A DNA stretch of 64,000 nt. Origin: Phoronis australis. Taxonomy: Eukaryota; Animalia; Phoronida. Shown here piece after piece: positions 32,359 through 46,235 of this stretch. The stretch is taken from contig NMRA01000266.1 in the NCBI GenBank assembly GCA_002633005.1, forward strand, positions 516,869 through 580,868, written 5' to 3'. The notes below the pieces were generated by a model. The model saw nothing but the letters and a program-made list of their open reading frames with translations, had not been told where the DNA came from and did not search any database. Position 1 is the first letter of the stretch. Each line of letters starts with the position of its first letter. A program made the translations under genes and the position numbers.

Positions 32359-34206
32359 AAAAAGAACTAGAGTCAGTTTCTGTTGCATAGTTGTCACGGT
32401 CAACATTCAAGGAAGAAAAACAGAAGAACTGGGACATCTGTTTCTAAGCCAAAACAAAAGGAAGAAATATTATCAAGGACAAAACACGTATCGATAGCGT
32501 TATCTGGAGACGCAACACTCAAAAATGCCCAGCGTTTTTTGTTGTATGTACAGTGGATTGGGAAGCTGAAGGCTCAGCATGAAATGTCACGTTCTTTTCT
32601 TTTTAGACGAGCGGGAAAATATGGCTATGTCACGTGGGATATTACTATAGTACAACGTCAGTTTGGCCGTGCTTCAAAATGCAGTCCGCCAAGAGTGGGC
32701 AATTGGCAAATACACTGGACGCTGTAAGCAACACGAAGTATTGGATCGGGTTTTTTAAAAGGTAGACACATCATTTTTTAAAATTTTATTTCCGAGGTAT
32801 ACGTAAGTACTACAGATAGGCCTAGCAGTAAGCTTACCTCTCAAAAATGGAATTGGCAAAAAACGGCATCTGGGCAACAGGTAAACACTGCACAAACGAC
32901 TTAAAGAAACAATTGAAAACAGTGATAATGTACACACACACACGCACGCACGGAGGCACGCATACACGCACACCCACCCACTTAGCTAAGCAATTATGAG
33001 TAATTTTTAGGGCCAAAACTTCTTATTTAGACCCAATATAACATCTTTCGTAAAATACTTTAATATGATTAAACATCCAAAAATGCTTTGCCGAGAAGCT
33101 CCTGGCGTGATAGTTTGTCGAAAGTGGTTTTGCGACTGGAGCTGAAAAGATCAGAGGCCAAAGTACTCCCGGTATCCACTCAAAACTACGGATAGGTGGT
33201 TATAAAGATTGAGCAGTGTAATTGCCGGGTTTGTTGACTAATGTTCCCGAGAAATGGCTGATTGTATAGATCAATAGAGTCTCGCTTGATGAACAATTAT
33301 AGCACAATGAAAACGGAGTATTGATTTAATAACTACAACGCTCGATCAAAACTCGGTCGATCAAGCAGCCGGAACTATTCTTAATGTATTCTCTGGCGGC
33401 TATTCTTGGGATCGCAAGCTATACATAGGTCACGTGACGGAGTTGGCATTCCTGGGCTGGAGTTCAATGGCTACACCTAACACTCGTTTACAAAATGCAC
33501 GGCAATGTAGACGTTTTTAAGCCAACCATACGTAATTTTTTGTACTCCCCCTACGTCTTAGCCGTTTAATCGGCGATATTTACGTACGTCCCAATGAAAT
33601 GAATATTTAGGTTTTTCAAGATTGGTTTTAGAATCATCGTTTTGTAACAAATTGGATGTTGAAGTTCGATATCCAGTTTTTCAATATTTTAATAAAAACC
33701 TTTAACGTTTTAAGCCATTATATTTTTAAAGAGAAAAAGTGCGCTAAACTCTTAATTCATATCTGCCGCCCAGCTGTCTATAAGAAGAGTTCCCTTCTCC
33801 AGATAATCTAGAACCGGAAATTTGAAGCACGGGCTCCCACTCTGAAATTGAACTTCAAAAGTTTGGTTCCTTGATATTTAAAAGTTCCTCAACCACCAAG
33901 CGGCTGACATGTTTGACCTAACTTTAATGTATAAATCAGTTATTCACAAATAGTTTTAGTCTGGAAAGAAAACGGTAGCTAAAATAAAAAACAGCGAATT
34001 CGGCACATGCCACTCGTTGGTGAACGAAAAGACGCTTATAATAATTATTTTGATAGTAATGCAATATATTCCATTTTAATGACAATAAACAGTTTGATAT
34101 TCGAAATTTGTCACCTTGGAAAAGAACTTCATTTTGCCTACTTGCGATGCTGGCTTCCCGTAGTATCGGAAATATAGAAATATTAAAACACAAGTTGTCC
34201 AACTTA

Positions 34207-34531
34207 TACCCCCGTCACACCAGAGGCGCGGTGCCACTAAGGCTTTGGCCAAGGGATCGCCGTAAGGTAACCAGTNNNNNNNNGTGGTCTTTGGACGGTA
34301 CCACGGCGGTCTTGACGGTACATGGGCGGCGCACCATAAGGGGCTGGTGGGGGGGGGGCTATAGCGGTGGCACTACGGAAGTTTTGTACATGTTAAAATT
34401 TTGCAACGTGCAAGCGCGAAGGTCCGCACGTTGACTGTTTTCCTCCGTGCTACGGCGATCATGGCAATGCCACTGCGGGTTATTCCGTACAAGCACCGCA
34501 GTTGCACAGCACCTCCGGTGTGACAGGGGTA
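34207..34531. mobile_element. PIF/Harbinger-type MITE
   Basis: TTA TSD; TIR tacccccgtcacaccagaggcgcggtgc / gcacagcacctccggtgtgacaggggta; 8-N gap inside. Confidence 0.8.
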
Positions 34532-36756
34532 TTACTACAATGAACAAAAAACAAGAAGAAAATGATGACCTATTCACTTCCCGCACTTTTTATTAACTTA
34601 TTTCCAGATAAGATCGGTAATGCTTAAAAAACCAACATTAAGCATAACACGAGTTCATTGCATTCAAAATGGAGGTGACTTGTCTAAGATTCTAGCAAAT
34701 AATCTGGTTTTGCGATGTATTCAAAGGGGTAGTGCTGCGTGTGGATAGCAAATAATATTGTTTTGTGATATTTTGTTTTGTGATATTTACAAACGGACAG
34801 TGCTGAGTGTGAATATTCATTGATCAGTACGTGTATGCTTGTGTCCATGGAGATAAAAACAACAACACATTTTAGTTTTTTCTAATATCTTATTCTTAAA
34901 AATCATCAGTTTCCGTGGAATGGTACGCTGCTTTTAACTACAGAGTGTTCAATTGAGACAGGACCCCCGGTGTAAACCAGACATCAGGGTGTCGAAAACA
35001 GACTCCTGCACCTTCAAAGCAGCTAACCAGACCGAAAAATACGAACCCCTATCCTTAAACAGGAATCCCGGGGATCGGACAGGAAACACGTTCAATTTTT
35101 AAATTTTCGAAGATTCTACAAGTATTTTCCAGTTTTCGGCATTTGTTTGTTGAAAATTGTCAATAATAAAACGTGATTTATGTTATACTGAGTTCGATAT
35201 TTGATTTCTGTCGATAAAACTCGGACAAATTGTCTGTGGGCGAATTTCAACATAATCCGTACTCTCAACACGTTTTTGTCGCGGTGAATATTTAGTAAAT
35301 TTCAACTTATTCAATAGTTTCTCAAAAATACTTTCAATTATGAAAAACAAAAATATTATTTGTGTTTTTGAGTGCCACAGTTGATTAATGCCTTTAAATA
35401 TCTTCACATAACGGGCGGCGTTTTAGTGTTCCTTGATATGCTTCTCGAGATAACATTAAATCATTTTCCGGAATTTGAAATGGATTGCGAGAATTATTCA
35501 CTCAAAATACATGCACCGTCACCGTTCTTCAACAAGTCATCCTACATTAAAACGGAAATTGGAATTTCTGAATTCAACGCAGCATCCACGCTCTGCTTTT
35601 TTGGTGGATCACTGCAGCGTATTTGTTTTGAAATTCAGTTTGCTGGTATTAAAATATTAAAAACTTGTAACCAAATGAAAGCACTTCGGATAATTTGTTG
35701 TTTGACATGTACGTAACCCCGGCGTGGAAGAAGAAAAGTTGATTGAAAATGGGGAAAAAGACACTGGCCAAAAAGGTGACGTAATAGTTCATGGCGCCGA
35801 AAGGCGACGCAAAAATCGCATCACAACTCTAGCAGTAGAATAACAACTGTAAAACGCCGACCAATCATGAGTTGCCATAGTAAAAAAACATACCACAACA
35901 ACTGTTGAAAGTAGGAAGATTTATCATCATGTGAAATTGAAACGTATCATATGAACAGAAAGTGGGAGTTGTGTTTCATATCCTGTTCGACACCGGAATT
36001 CCTGTTTTAAAAGCTGTGTTTCGCGTTTTTCGTGTTGGTAAGCTGTTTTGAAGATGTGGGATTCTGCTTTCGCCTCTGGGACATCTGTTTTATAACAGGT
36101 TTCCTGTTTCGGTGAAACACTCTGAAGTAGCGCTCACATCTAAATAATCTTACTGTTAAATAAAATTGGAATTTTGTGATAAAAATTTTATCAGACAAAT
36201 CTATGTTATTGAATACCCCACATCAATTTCAAATATTAAACCTTGTGTTACAACATACTATTACGTACTCAAAGAGGCTTTATCGTTTTGCGGCCATAAC
36301 ATAAGTTGGAGATTGCAGTTGAACGGTATAGACGACAGTTTTGACAAGAACCAGGAAACAACAAAATTCATTGCATTTTGTGATGTTATTACAAGGTCAC
36401 CTTCTTCACCATTTTAAATGGTTGTACAATTTATGCGTACTAAAACACACGTCTGAAAATATACAACGCCTAGGATTTGGCTGAGCGATAGACTCAGTAG
36501 TGTCCGGCTACGTTTGCGAAGTTAGGCCTTACATGTACATGTATCGTGTCCGATTCCGCACTCATCCGAGTTAATTTCTTTAAAAATACTTTTCTCACAG
36601 AGAATGTCCCTACTTGTTGTGTTACTGTGGACGTAATCATTGGTTGGCCATGTATAGTATTGTTTGGATAGTAGTGTGCATTTGTAATTACTCCCGTACG
36701 TTGTACTCCGACTACTTCTTTGGTCACGTGACATTGACTTTTAAATGCGTTTTCCC

Positions 36757-37520
36757 NNNNNNNNNNNNNNNNNNNNNNNNNNNNNNNNNNNNNNNNNNNN
36801 NNNNNNNNNNNNNNNNNNNNNNNNNNNNNNNNNNNNNNNNNNNNNNNNNNNNNNNNNNNNNNNNNNNNNNNNNNNNNNNNNNNNNNNNNNNNNNNNNNNN
36901 NNNNNNNNNNNNNNNNNNNNNNNNNNNNNNNNNNNNNNNNNNNNNNNNNNNNNNNNNNNNNNNNNNNNNNNNNNNNNNNNNNNNNNNNNNNNNNNNNNNN
37001 NNNNNNNNNNNNNNNNNNNNNNNNNNNNNNNNNNNNNNNNNNNNNNNNNNNNNNNNNNNNNNNNNNNNNNNNNNNNNNNNNNNNNNNNNNNNNNNNNNNN
37101 NNNNNNNNNNNNNNNNNNNNNNNNNNNNNNNNNNNNNNNNNNNNNNNNNNNNNNNNNNNNNNNNNNNNNNNNNNNNNNNNNNNNNNNNNNNNNNNNNNNN
37201 NNNNNNNNNNNNNNNNNNNNNNNNNNNNNNNNNNNNNNNNNNNNNNNNNNNNNNNNNNNNNNNNNNNNNNNNNNNNNNNNNNNNNNNNNNNNNNNNNNNN
37301 NNNNNNNNNNNNNNNNNNNNNNNNNNNNNNNNNNNNNNNNNNNNNNNNNNNNNNNNNNNNNNNNNNNNNNNNNNNNNNNNNNNNNNNNNNNNNNNNNNNN
37401 NNNNNNNNNNNNNNNNNNNNNNNNNNNNNNNNNNNNNNNNNNNNNNNNNNNNNNNNNNNNNNNNNNNNNNNNNNNNNNNNNNNNNNNNNNNNNNNNNNNN
37501 NNNNNNNNNNNNNNNNNNNN
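36757..37520. other. Assembly gap (N run)
   Basis: 764 consecutive N. Confidence 1.
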
Positions 37521-39240
37521 ATAAAAATTCTTTAAATTTTCATAAACGAAAACGAAATGATATCTTAGAAACCTTTGTTAAAAAAGACATGGTCACGTGA
37601 CCAAATTAATAACAGATTGGCAAAAAGTCAAAAATCAAATTTTACAGAGTTTCTACTTTCAGAAATACTCACTTTTACAGAGATGAAATATACAGTGTTC
37701 TAAATATTTTGCTAAGTACACGGACTTGACGATAAAGTCTCGTGATCTGAAATGGACGGCACGTAATAACGGGTTACTGAAACGGACATAAGAATGGATT
37801 TAAGGCAGGGGGGAGTGTCCACCTTGCTTGGCTGTCAATGTTGAAATCTTAAGTGATACACTTTGAGGTTTTTAACTTTGCCTTATTTTCCGAGCTTGCC
37901 GGCGATATCAACCTCAACAAACTCTAAAGCGTGCAACCTTCTCGCTGTATAGTTAAAAGAACTTATGTCCCATCACAGTAGCAAACGTTTTGTGGCCAAT
38001 TTTGCGGGCTTTAAAGTGTCTTAAATCATTCTTTGTTTTTGTCAGCTAATGAATACCGAGAAATGCAGTTTTGAGAAATATTGGGAATTATAAAAACTTG
38101 ATATATAATAATAATCATCACTTTTAATAGTATGAAGTCATGTAACCTCGATTTTTTGTCTGTCACGTTTCTTGAAATAATAAATTTCTTAAATTACAGA
38201 AGTATTTTAAACATGACGAATTTTGAAAACTTATATTTTGTAGATTGATTTCTTTGGATTGGTCGTTAAGTTAATATCCTATAAAGAGCTCTTGGAAATT
38301 GGGGGAATTAAAACAAGTTTGACGTAAAAACCAATTTGTAACTGGAAATATTTAAACTTGAGAGATTTTGCGCTTGCTTGGTTGAACGTCATATAAGAAT
38401 AAAAGTTCTAGTACCCTTCCCGATTGCTTCAGTGTCAGCAAGAAGTTACGACTTGTTAGTATTCATGATTAGTGCGAGGTAGCGCGCGTTTTCAAAATTT
38501 GTGCAACGGTGACTATTTGTGCCGCAAGAACATGGAAGTTTAAGAAAACGAATTTCTTTAGGAACAGTACGACCCTTGTTCCTTCTGCAAGCTCGAATCT
38601 GAAACCTTAGAACTTTCCGTTGAAAATAGAAATCCATATGTTCGCAAGAGGTAACCAAATTCCGAGTTACTAAAAGCGGAATTTTACATTTTGGGAAAAT
38701 ATCCGAACCAGAATATACAGTTTCAAACACATTCATTCAACGAATCTCCTGAAGAAGACTATAACAAACAATGGGGAATTTTCATACGTCTTTTTGGAGA
38801 TCGTATTGATTATTTTATGTGTACTTGAATATTTTTTCCTTTTTAGGTTCCACTACACCGTACGCGGTTCTTTTATTGAATAGGAGGAAATATTGCGGAA
38901 CGAAATCAATAAACTTAAAATACCGCCCCTCCGCAGTACGACAGCCGTCATCACAAGATAGGCTTACATGCTAAGTGAAATTCTAACATTATTTTTAATC
39001 GACCTCGAAGTCATGTCAAACACGATTTTGTCTAGCAACCGCGAAACAGTCAAACCAGTATATCTTATGTGCAACCAATGGTTGCTGCGGTCATAAAATA
39101 TGAGATTACAAAAAGAAATTAACAATACTCGTAAACGCTACCTCTTACGTTAGATGAATTTCAATGTACGCAGAGTCCCTTAAGTCACAGAACAATCTTC
39201 TACAAAATCATGAAACTTCAAATCATGGCAGTGTTACACG

Positions 39241-39246
39241 TTTATT
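39241..39246 (-). terminator. Candidate polyadenylation signal of the TRIM gene
   Basis: AATAAA on minus strand about 240 bp after the stop. Confidence 0.5.
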
Positions 39247-39481
39247 AAAATAAACAACTTAAACACTTGTCACCGGTTGGAACTAACTACCACCAAACAT
39301 CTAACTAATAGTTCATGATTCATTCTATCTATATATTACAACACAAAGATAACGTTTAAACATAAAACATATCAAAGTGCGCAGACGTAATATATTTTAA
39401 ATACAAAATATCACTGTGCTTATGATACATATTATATCTACACATGGCGCAGAAACTCGCGTTGTTCAGTACTACATAACG

Positions 39482-41458
39482 TTATTCCTCCAAGTACTGA
39501 AATGTCTTCACCACACCTGTAATACACTCCACTACAGACACCTGACCCTGGGCCGGGAGACATAAACCAGTTGGACAGTCGACATCACCAGGGGGCACGA
39601 TCACGTGTGCACGTGCGTTGTTGTATAAAATCACCTGATGATTGTCATAGTCTGCCACCAGAATGTGACCGTGTGGGTCTACACACACACCGCGCGGCCA
39701 GTTACTCAGTTGATGGGTCAGTGTGGATACAACGGCCGGCCGTGTCGGGTCTATTATGTGAACACGACCGGGGTTAAACTCACTGACCACCAAATGACCA
39801 CAGTTGTCCATACACACATATCCTGGTGTGAACGTACTCAGTCCCAGGGTGGGGCCGTCCAACTGTTGGTGAATATCACAGTTAAGATCCGTTATAAGTA
39901 CCCGTCCCCCGCCTGCATCACACACAACCAGTCTGTCACCGTGACATGTCACATAGCCCTCACCTTTATACACATCACGACACACCTTCACCACCTCACC
40001 ATGGCCATCATACCTGACAACACCCTTAATGCCGCGGTCGGTGATGAAGATGTGACCATCTTTGTGACATGTCACGTCCCACGGCCTCTGCAGTTTGTGA
40101 TGAGTTTGTTGTAACTTCAACTTTAGTTTACAGTTGTGTTTGTCAAACACTTTCACAGTTTTGTTGTCTGCGTCTGTTACAACAAACCCCCCATCACAAA
40201 CTGCCAGTCCACAACACCATGACTCACTCTCCCCCTCACCCAGGCTGGTAAAACTACCAACACTACCCGCAGGTTCTTTAACAGTCAGTGGTGGAGTGAC
40301 AGGCTGAACGGGTGATTTGGATGAAAGATGAAGTTGTGACACTTTTGTGTCCATTAGTTGTGATTCTACAGTAGATTCACTATCAACAGACACGTTAGGT
40401 ACTGACAGTTCAGGTGGTACAAAGTTAAACACATGTCTATCTGCATTAAGTTCAAACTGACTGATATCTAACGATGTCAGAGTGGCGGCCATGTCATGGT
40501 ACTGTAGAGTTGTTTCAGCAGGATGCGCTCTTTCAACCAGTCTCTTGGCGTATCTCAATGTACTCATCAGAGACAGTCGACTGTGTTCAGCCGCCTCGTA
40601 AGCTGCTTGACTTTGTTTTTGGACCGACTCGAACTTCTCGGTCAGTTTAGTGATCGCTTCACTTCTCTTAGTTTCCAGTTCGTCGTCAATCTTCTTCTTG
40701 AAATCGTCAAAAATTTTGCCGAGTTCTTCAACCTTTCGTTGTAAAAGTTCTTGGTTCAGTTCCTCGCGAATATTCTTGCGTTCATCTGACAAAGCCTTCG
40801 CGTGATCCACTGCGTCTATCCACGGCTCCATCAAAGCTGTGAGCACCTCGATTGCTTCCTGTGCCGCCTCTTCAATATTCTTCATCTTGTGGTGATCGTG
40901 CTCCAGTGCTTTACACAAATAACACACGGGTGTTTTGCATTGGTCGCAGTAAAGTTCAAGCAACTTGTCCGGATGTTTGGGACAACACACTGTTTGGTGT
41001 TCACGTATCGCCTCAAAATGCATGCCAGCTGCGACTTCCTCCAAACTGACCACTTTGTGGGTTAAAGTGATTCCAGTCTGACAGTGAACGTCCGCACACT
41101 TTTTACACAAGTGATGAGCGCACTGTATACACATGAAATCTGCCCCCACTGTGGATCCCTTGAAATGACATACATAACAGAAGACATTGGTCGTTTTAGG
41201 AACACAGTCGTTCAGGTGATTGATGAAATGATTGAACGCAAAGCCAGCAGCGCCATCTTTTGGGATGTCGAAAAGTCGATTACACCGTGGACATGAAAAC
41301 TTGCCGCCTTTGCCTCGTTTGTCAATAAATGTTTGTAAACATTCATGACAGAACGTGTGAATACACGGCAGTTGGCGTGGTGTTTTCGGTCTTTCTAAAC
41401 AGATGGGGCATTCTAACAGCCTTCGAATGTCGTCTGCGTCCTTGGAGCTGATTGCCAT
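39482..41458 (-). CDS. TRIM-NHL family E3 ubiquitin ligase (RING, two B-boxes, coiled coil, NHL beta-propeller; TRIM56/TRIM2/3-like), single coding exon, 658 aa
   Basis: C3HC4 RING CPIC..LPCIHTFCHEC..CPRC; B-boxes CYVC..CIQC..LCKKCADVH and CPKH..YCDQC..VCYLC..HDHH; NHL repeats PWDV..DGHIFITD, PRGVCVDPHGHILVADYDNH; 5' UTR acceptor tttcag| at 41476. Confidence 0.95.
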   Translation of the reverse strand: MAISSKDADDIRRLLECPICLERPKTPRQLPCIHTFCHECLQTFIDKRGKGGKFSCPRCNRLFDIPKDGAAGFAFNHFINHLNDCVPKTTNVFCYVCHFKGSTVGADFMCIQCAHHLCKKCADVHCQTGITLTHKVVSLEEVAAGMHFEAIREHQTVCCPKHPDKLLELYCDQCKTPVCYLCKALEHDHHKMKNIEEAAQEAIEVLTALMEPWIDAVDHAKALSDERKNIREELNQELLQRKVEELGKIFDDFKKKIDDELETKRSEAITKLTEKFESVQKQSQAAYEAAEHSRLSLMSTLRYAKRLVERAHPAETTLQYHDMAATLTSLDISQFELNADRHVFNFVPPELSVPNVSVDSESTVESQLMDTKVSQLHLSSKSPVQPVTPPLTVKEPAGSVGSFTSLGEGESESWCCGLAVCDGGFVVTDADNKTVKVFDKHNCKLKLKLQQTHHKLQRPWDVTCHKDGHIFITDRGIKGVVRYDGHGEVVKVCRDVYKGEGYVTCHGDRLVVCDAGGGRVLITDLNCDIHQQLDGPTLGLSTFTPGYVCMDNCGHLVVSEFNPGRVHIIDPTRPAVVSTLTHQLSNWPRGVCVDPHGHILVADYDNHQVILYNNARAHVIVPPGDVDCPTGLCLPAQGQVSVVECITGVVKTFQYLEE

Positions 41459-44099
41459 ATTCTATTGGTCAGTGACCTGAAATGTAGAATTAAGTGTTAA
41501 TGTTTCACAAAGCACTTATGCATACAATGTTTACTGATGATGAGACGTGTTTTCCTGTATTTCTTTGATGGTAGTTAATAGAAATAGGCATTCCTTTTGA
41601 CAGTGATGTGACTTTGATGATAGTTAAGTGCTGAGTATGTCTAAAGATTAAGTACAATCGCTATGTTTTATTTGTATACTCACACCTTGTGAAGCATACA
41701 CAGGTGTGAACCTTTTTTATATTGGTGTTCAGTGATTAAATACATGAATTAACAATATTAAACTTTCTAGTTCCTAAGCCAGATTTAGGTCTTTTCTCAA
41801 AATGGATGTGACAATACCAATGATGTATTCTCTGTAGCCCACATTTTTCTTTGTTATTTCAGCAGGCCAAATCTCAAAAATTAAATGAGGATACTTCACA
41901 AAAATTTAACCTGATATTCAATATGTCATGTTGATTCCAATAACCGAAGTCTCAAAGCTGAAATGAAAACTTCATAAAATGCCATTTCTGAAACAAAAGT
42001 GTGCACCCTGAGTGAAGAAATGCCGTTTAGCACTTTTTGGTTTTCACGCCTACAAGTTTTATTTGAAAAATTAAGGGCCTTCTTCGATCGCCAAGCAGCC
42101 TCCATAAATCTAACGGCACATTTAATTAAAATGCCCCTACGGTAGTGTACCAGGGACCTCAAGGCCACACCCTTTCAAAATGTACCCCTTCAAAATATAA
42201 CATTCAAAAAACCGGACCCTAATAAAGCTGGTATTGTTAGTTGTGCTACGGCATGCCGTCACAGACATGTTGTTCGCATGATAAGTATCTGCTTTGACAA
42301 CGCAAACAAAACACTTTTTTCATATCGAAACCGATACCAGGAAATAGTGAGTCACCAGTCTAAGGTCAGGCGCTTGTTCGTGATCTCTATTAGATACCTG
42401 TATGTCTACATGAAGGATATACAGTCTTGATGAACAGAATAAGAAAACGACAACTGAGTGAAATGAACGTCAGAAAACGTGTAGTTTCGTTTTGCAAACC
42501 ATGAACTGCACAAGTTGGACAGCCGGCTCGCCGGGTTAGCATTTAATTCAGGCCTAAGTTTCAGTGGTTCAACACAAGGAATAAATGTGCTCAAATCAAT
42601 CGTGCCAGAAATCAGAACATTTGGACAATATTTAACATATGCAATATAATGAGGTGATAGTGAAGTGACCCAGCATGGCTGTGGCAAGCACTTAAGTCGC
42701 ACAGCACGTATTGAAGCGTAGGCGGCTGTTGTAATTATCAACCGCAAGCGCGACCGACATGTTGCCGTCATCGACATTGCCAGCATCACAGACAATTCTA
42801 AAATTAATGGTTGAACTGAGCACTGCTTTAATTGCTGAATCAGTTTGAGCCACTGAATAAAGGTTAGTATCTACTGCATTCAAAAAGTCAAAGGCAGGAG
42901 TCCTCGATTGTCAACTCATGCAAACAGAACAACAGGGTTGAGAAAACGAGCACTTCGAAAATGAGCGGCCGAACGCGTGATTGAAATGCCAGTCGGAGCG
43001 AACGATATAGACCTCACGGCATTTCTTGTGTTCGAGCTGGCATTTGCAGGGCTTGCGGGGAGTACCGCAGAGTACTTTTCCTTCCAAAAATGAAATGTTT
43101 TTATGTTGTGGCGGGACAGCAAGACAAACCCACCAAATCGTAGGCTTACACCACGCGATGTTCCTTTTTATCAGTCAACGTCATTGGTCGATTTCATCAA
43201 TTATTAACGTCACCGTTATTAATCATCGTACGTCTGCTCTCGTCATCACCTTCGTCGTCTCTCTCACGATCGTATCTGTCATCGTCATGTTATCTCGTCC
43301 ATGTTGACTGATGAAAAAGGAACAGCTTGTGTTGTAGCAAATCGCCGATAGATGGTGCTAGATATAGTAAGTTCCCTGAAATGGCTGCCGATTTCATGAT
43401 GCGCGTGGCTAAAGTGGACCAAGTTCGGAATGGCGTAGTTATAGACTAGAATAATTGAGGGCCATGAAAAGAATTTGTACAGATAGCCAGATGTCTGAGG
43501 AATGCAACGATACCAAAATCATTCATTTATACCTACATTTAGTGGATTTATTTGGAATAAGTTAGGGTCCATTATATCCGACTAGTGCCGGCTTAGGCTG
43601 CGTCCAATTGTTTAACCAAGTAGGTAACTTTAAACAGTTTTTGACGCCGCTAATTAGTTTTTAATTGAGTTAAGAAGTTGGCAATCAAACGTTTTACAAA
43701 ATGGCAGCTACAAACCATAGGATGAAAAAAACTCCACCCAGCAGTCCGACAGGTTTGAAAGATACGTCCATACGTTGTGGTGTCGTGTGAGGATGTGGCG
43801 GGATTTATCGTCTGAAAAAAAACACCCCCTGCAGCTCTTCATGTGGCCAATCAACAAAGGCTTTCATGTCACGTGCTATATATTTTCTATATATAACTCA
43901 CTTGTCATGTTGCTATTTATGAAGGACTACTACATAACATTTGGTGAAAATGACTACGTAAATGTCAGCGGGTATATTAAAATTCCCCGCGTTTCCAAAG
44001 AATAATCACAAGATAAAGGAATCATGTGCACAGATGGCGCTATGTTATTGCCAGATCTGGGTAGAATCGGTTCAGTCAACGCTAGGACCTCGATAACAT

Positions 44100-44358
44100 C
44101 ATGCACGCACTCAGCCTTTAGTTTGGGGGGGGGGGCTCGAATTTCTGACCAAGTGGACCTTTTGCTAAAAAAAGCCGGATAACTAAAAAACGGGGTACCA
44201 TTTTCAGTACTGTGAACTGTGCCACTGCGCCTTTTTAGTGGACTTTCGTCTCGTTTCCTTCTGACTTTTTGTTTCTCTAGGGCGGACCCTTTTCCCCACA
44301 CCGCCAAAATGGGGGGATACTCGTTCGAGCCCCCCGAGCCCCCCTGGGTGCGCGCATG
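44100..44358. mobile_element. hAT-type MITE with 5-bp TSD
   Basis: aacat|CATGCACGCACTCAG...CTGGGTGCGCGCATG|aacat. Confidence 0.8.
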
Positions 44359-46235
44359 AACATTCAAGACTTCGTGAGATTTACATGAGAAACATATGCT
44401 ACAACTACAAAGATTTCCCTTGCAATTTTGTAGCCAGTCCACAGGCAAAACGTGCCGCGCATGTCACAGTTTTGACCATTTTTCAAGCTCTTAAGTTTGC
44501 CGTGGTAAACCGACACCTCAGCCGAGACCTAGACAGCAGCACCACTATCAACAACAGAGAAGAGGACAATCCCGAGGGCACATCATCTAAAGAGGAAATC
44601 GCCGTCGAAATCCCAACGGCAATCACGAAGGAAGACACACGAATGTACACAGAACTGATGAGGGCGACTTGGCAACAAATACATGTATGATGGAACAATG
44701 TAGTATTACAGACGTGTTCGGTATAAATTCAAATATATCTGCACCAATGCTTGCAGTGATGCAATGTCTCTAATACCGTCACCCGGGGACCCTACAGCAA
44801 TGCACACTATTTGGATATAGGACGACATGGCGTAGACGTTTGGTGGCCTACCGCTGCCAAGCTAAATTTAATTTAATTTAATTGCTAAGAAAACATATGT
44901 TTCAAACGTAAATTAGTTTAAAAGTAAAACATTTTCAAAAACAAAATCCGTTAGAAATAATTTTGAAAATGTTTCTTTTAAATACGCAAAAAATTTTGAA
45001 AGCAAAACGTGTTTAAATAGGAATTTTGATATAAAGCAAATGTCAAAATATTTTGAAAATAAACAAATTTAGAAACGAAAAAAAAATAAGCTGAAAGTAG
45101 AACGAGATTAAAGCGAAAAACGATATCAAGCAATTTCAAAAATATTTTGGAAGCAAAGCAGTTTAAAAAATGTATCTTTTTAATTTTAAAACCAAACTAA
45201 AATCACTATATAGCAGTTATAATACATCGATTGTTTTCAAGTAGTCAGTGAGTGAATTGCCCTGCAAACAAAACCAACGTTAGTGTTATGTGACGGGATT
45301 AGTCACCTAAAAACAGAAATTAAGCAATTGTAAAAATACATGAAGAGCTTACTCGCCGTTATCAAAAAAGTCATGAGAAAATTTAGATAGGTTTTGGAAT
45401 TGTCAGTAATGACAAAAATTTCCGTAACTCATTCCTACCCCGGAAATGAGTGTATAGACGCAATTGCCATTGCCCGCTTATATTGGCTGGACATGGATCT
45501 TCTCATTTTACTTGCCCTAACTTCAACACAATGCGCTCATACACAGAAAAAATACAGAGATACGCCACGTGACCTGTGAAACATTGAACTTGTGAACATA
45601 TAGTTGCGAACCTACAAGTACCATTTGGCTGTTTGCATTCTACACAGTTACGAGTTAATTTACAGTTATTAACCAAGTGAAATTAACGGTTTATTCTTGC
45701 CACAAAAATTGCATGTACGTTTTGAATTCTTTGAGTTGATAAGGATGTTGCGTGCTAGTATAAAAAATATTTCGTGCTTCTGGGTTGCTGTGATAATCTG
45801 CATTTTATTTAAGTAGTCTCAGTGTGCTCTCTGTTAAAAACACATTCTTCGCTAATTTGCGTCCGCCATTTTATTTCTCCGGCGGGTAGTTAAAAGTCAA
45901 CTTTACTTCTTTTGCTAAGTTTCAACAGCACATCAAAAAATCATAATTTTGTTTCAAAATTTTCTGGAAATAAACAAGCAAGTCTGAGTTTTGTACCTTT
46001 ATATTTATGTACATACCAAGTCTCAATGTGTTGTGACATTAATGATTTTTAAGGAAGAGCTAGTGTTCAGTAAGGAACAACCCCAGAGTAGGGGCACTCA
46101 ATTTGAACGAACATGCTTATTGCAAACACATAAGCGTGAGACATTTCTGTGAAACAAAACTGTTTCGGGCGTCCAATGTTGTTACTGTAAGGTGTCGATT
46201 TATGTACGACAGGTCAACATCTGTTTCAAAGGTTA

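Noticed and set aside
32838-32869. Alternative eIF3g first exon MPFFANSIFER (correct phase, gtaagc donor)
   Set aside because: 29312-29331 (MPSADFE) matches the known eIF3g N-terminus much better and is closer.
36614-37600. Long ORFs of 328 and 259 aa
   Set aside because: They read through the N gap.
39571-41296. Several + strand ORFs over the TRIM gene
   Set aside because: Antisense shadows of the 658-aa CDS with no recognisable motifs.
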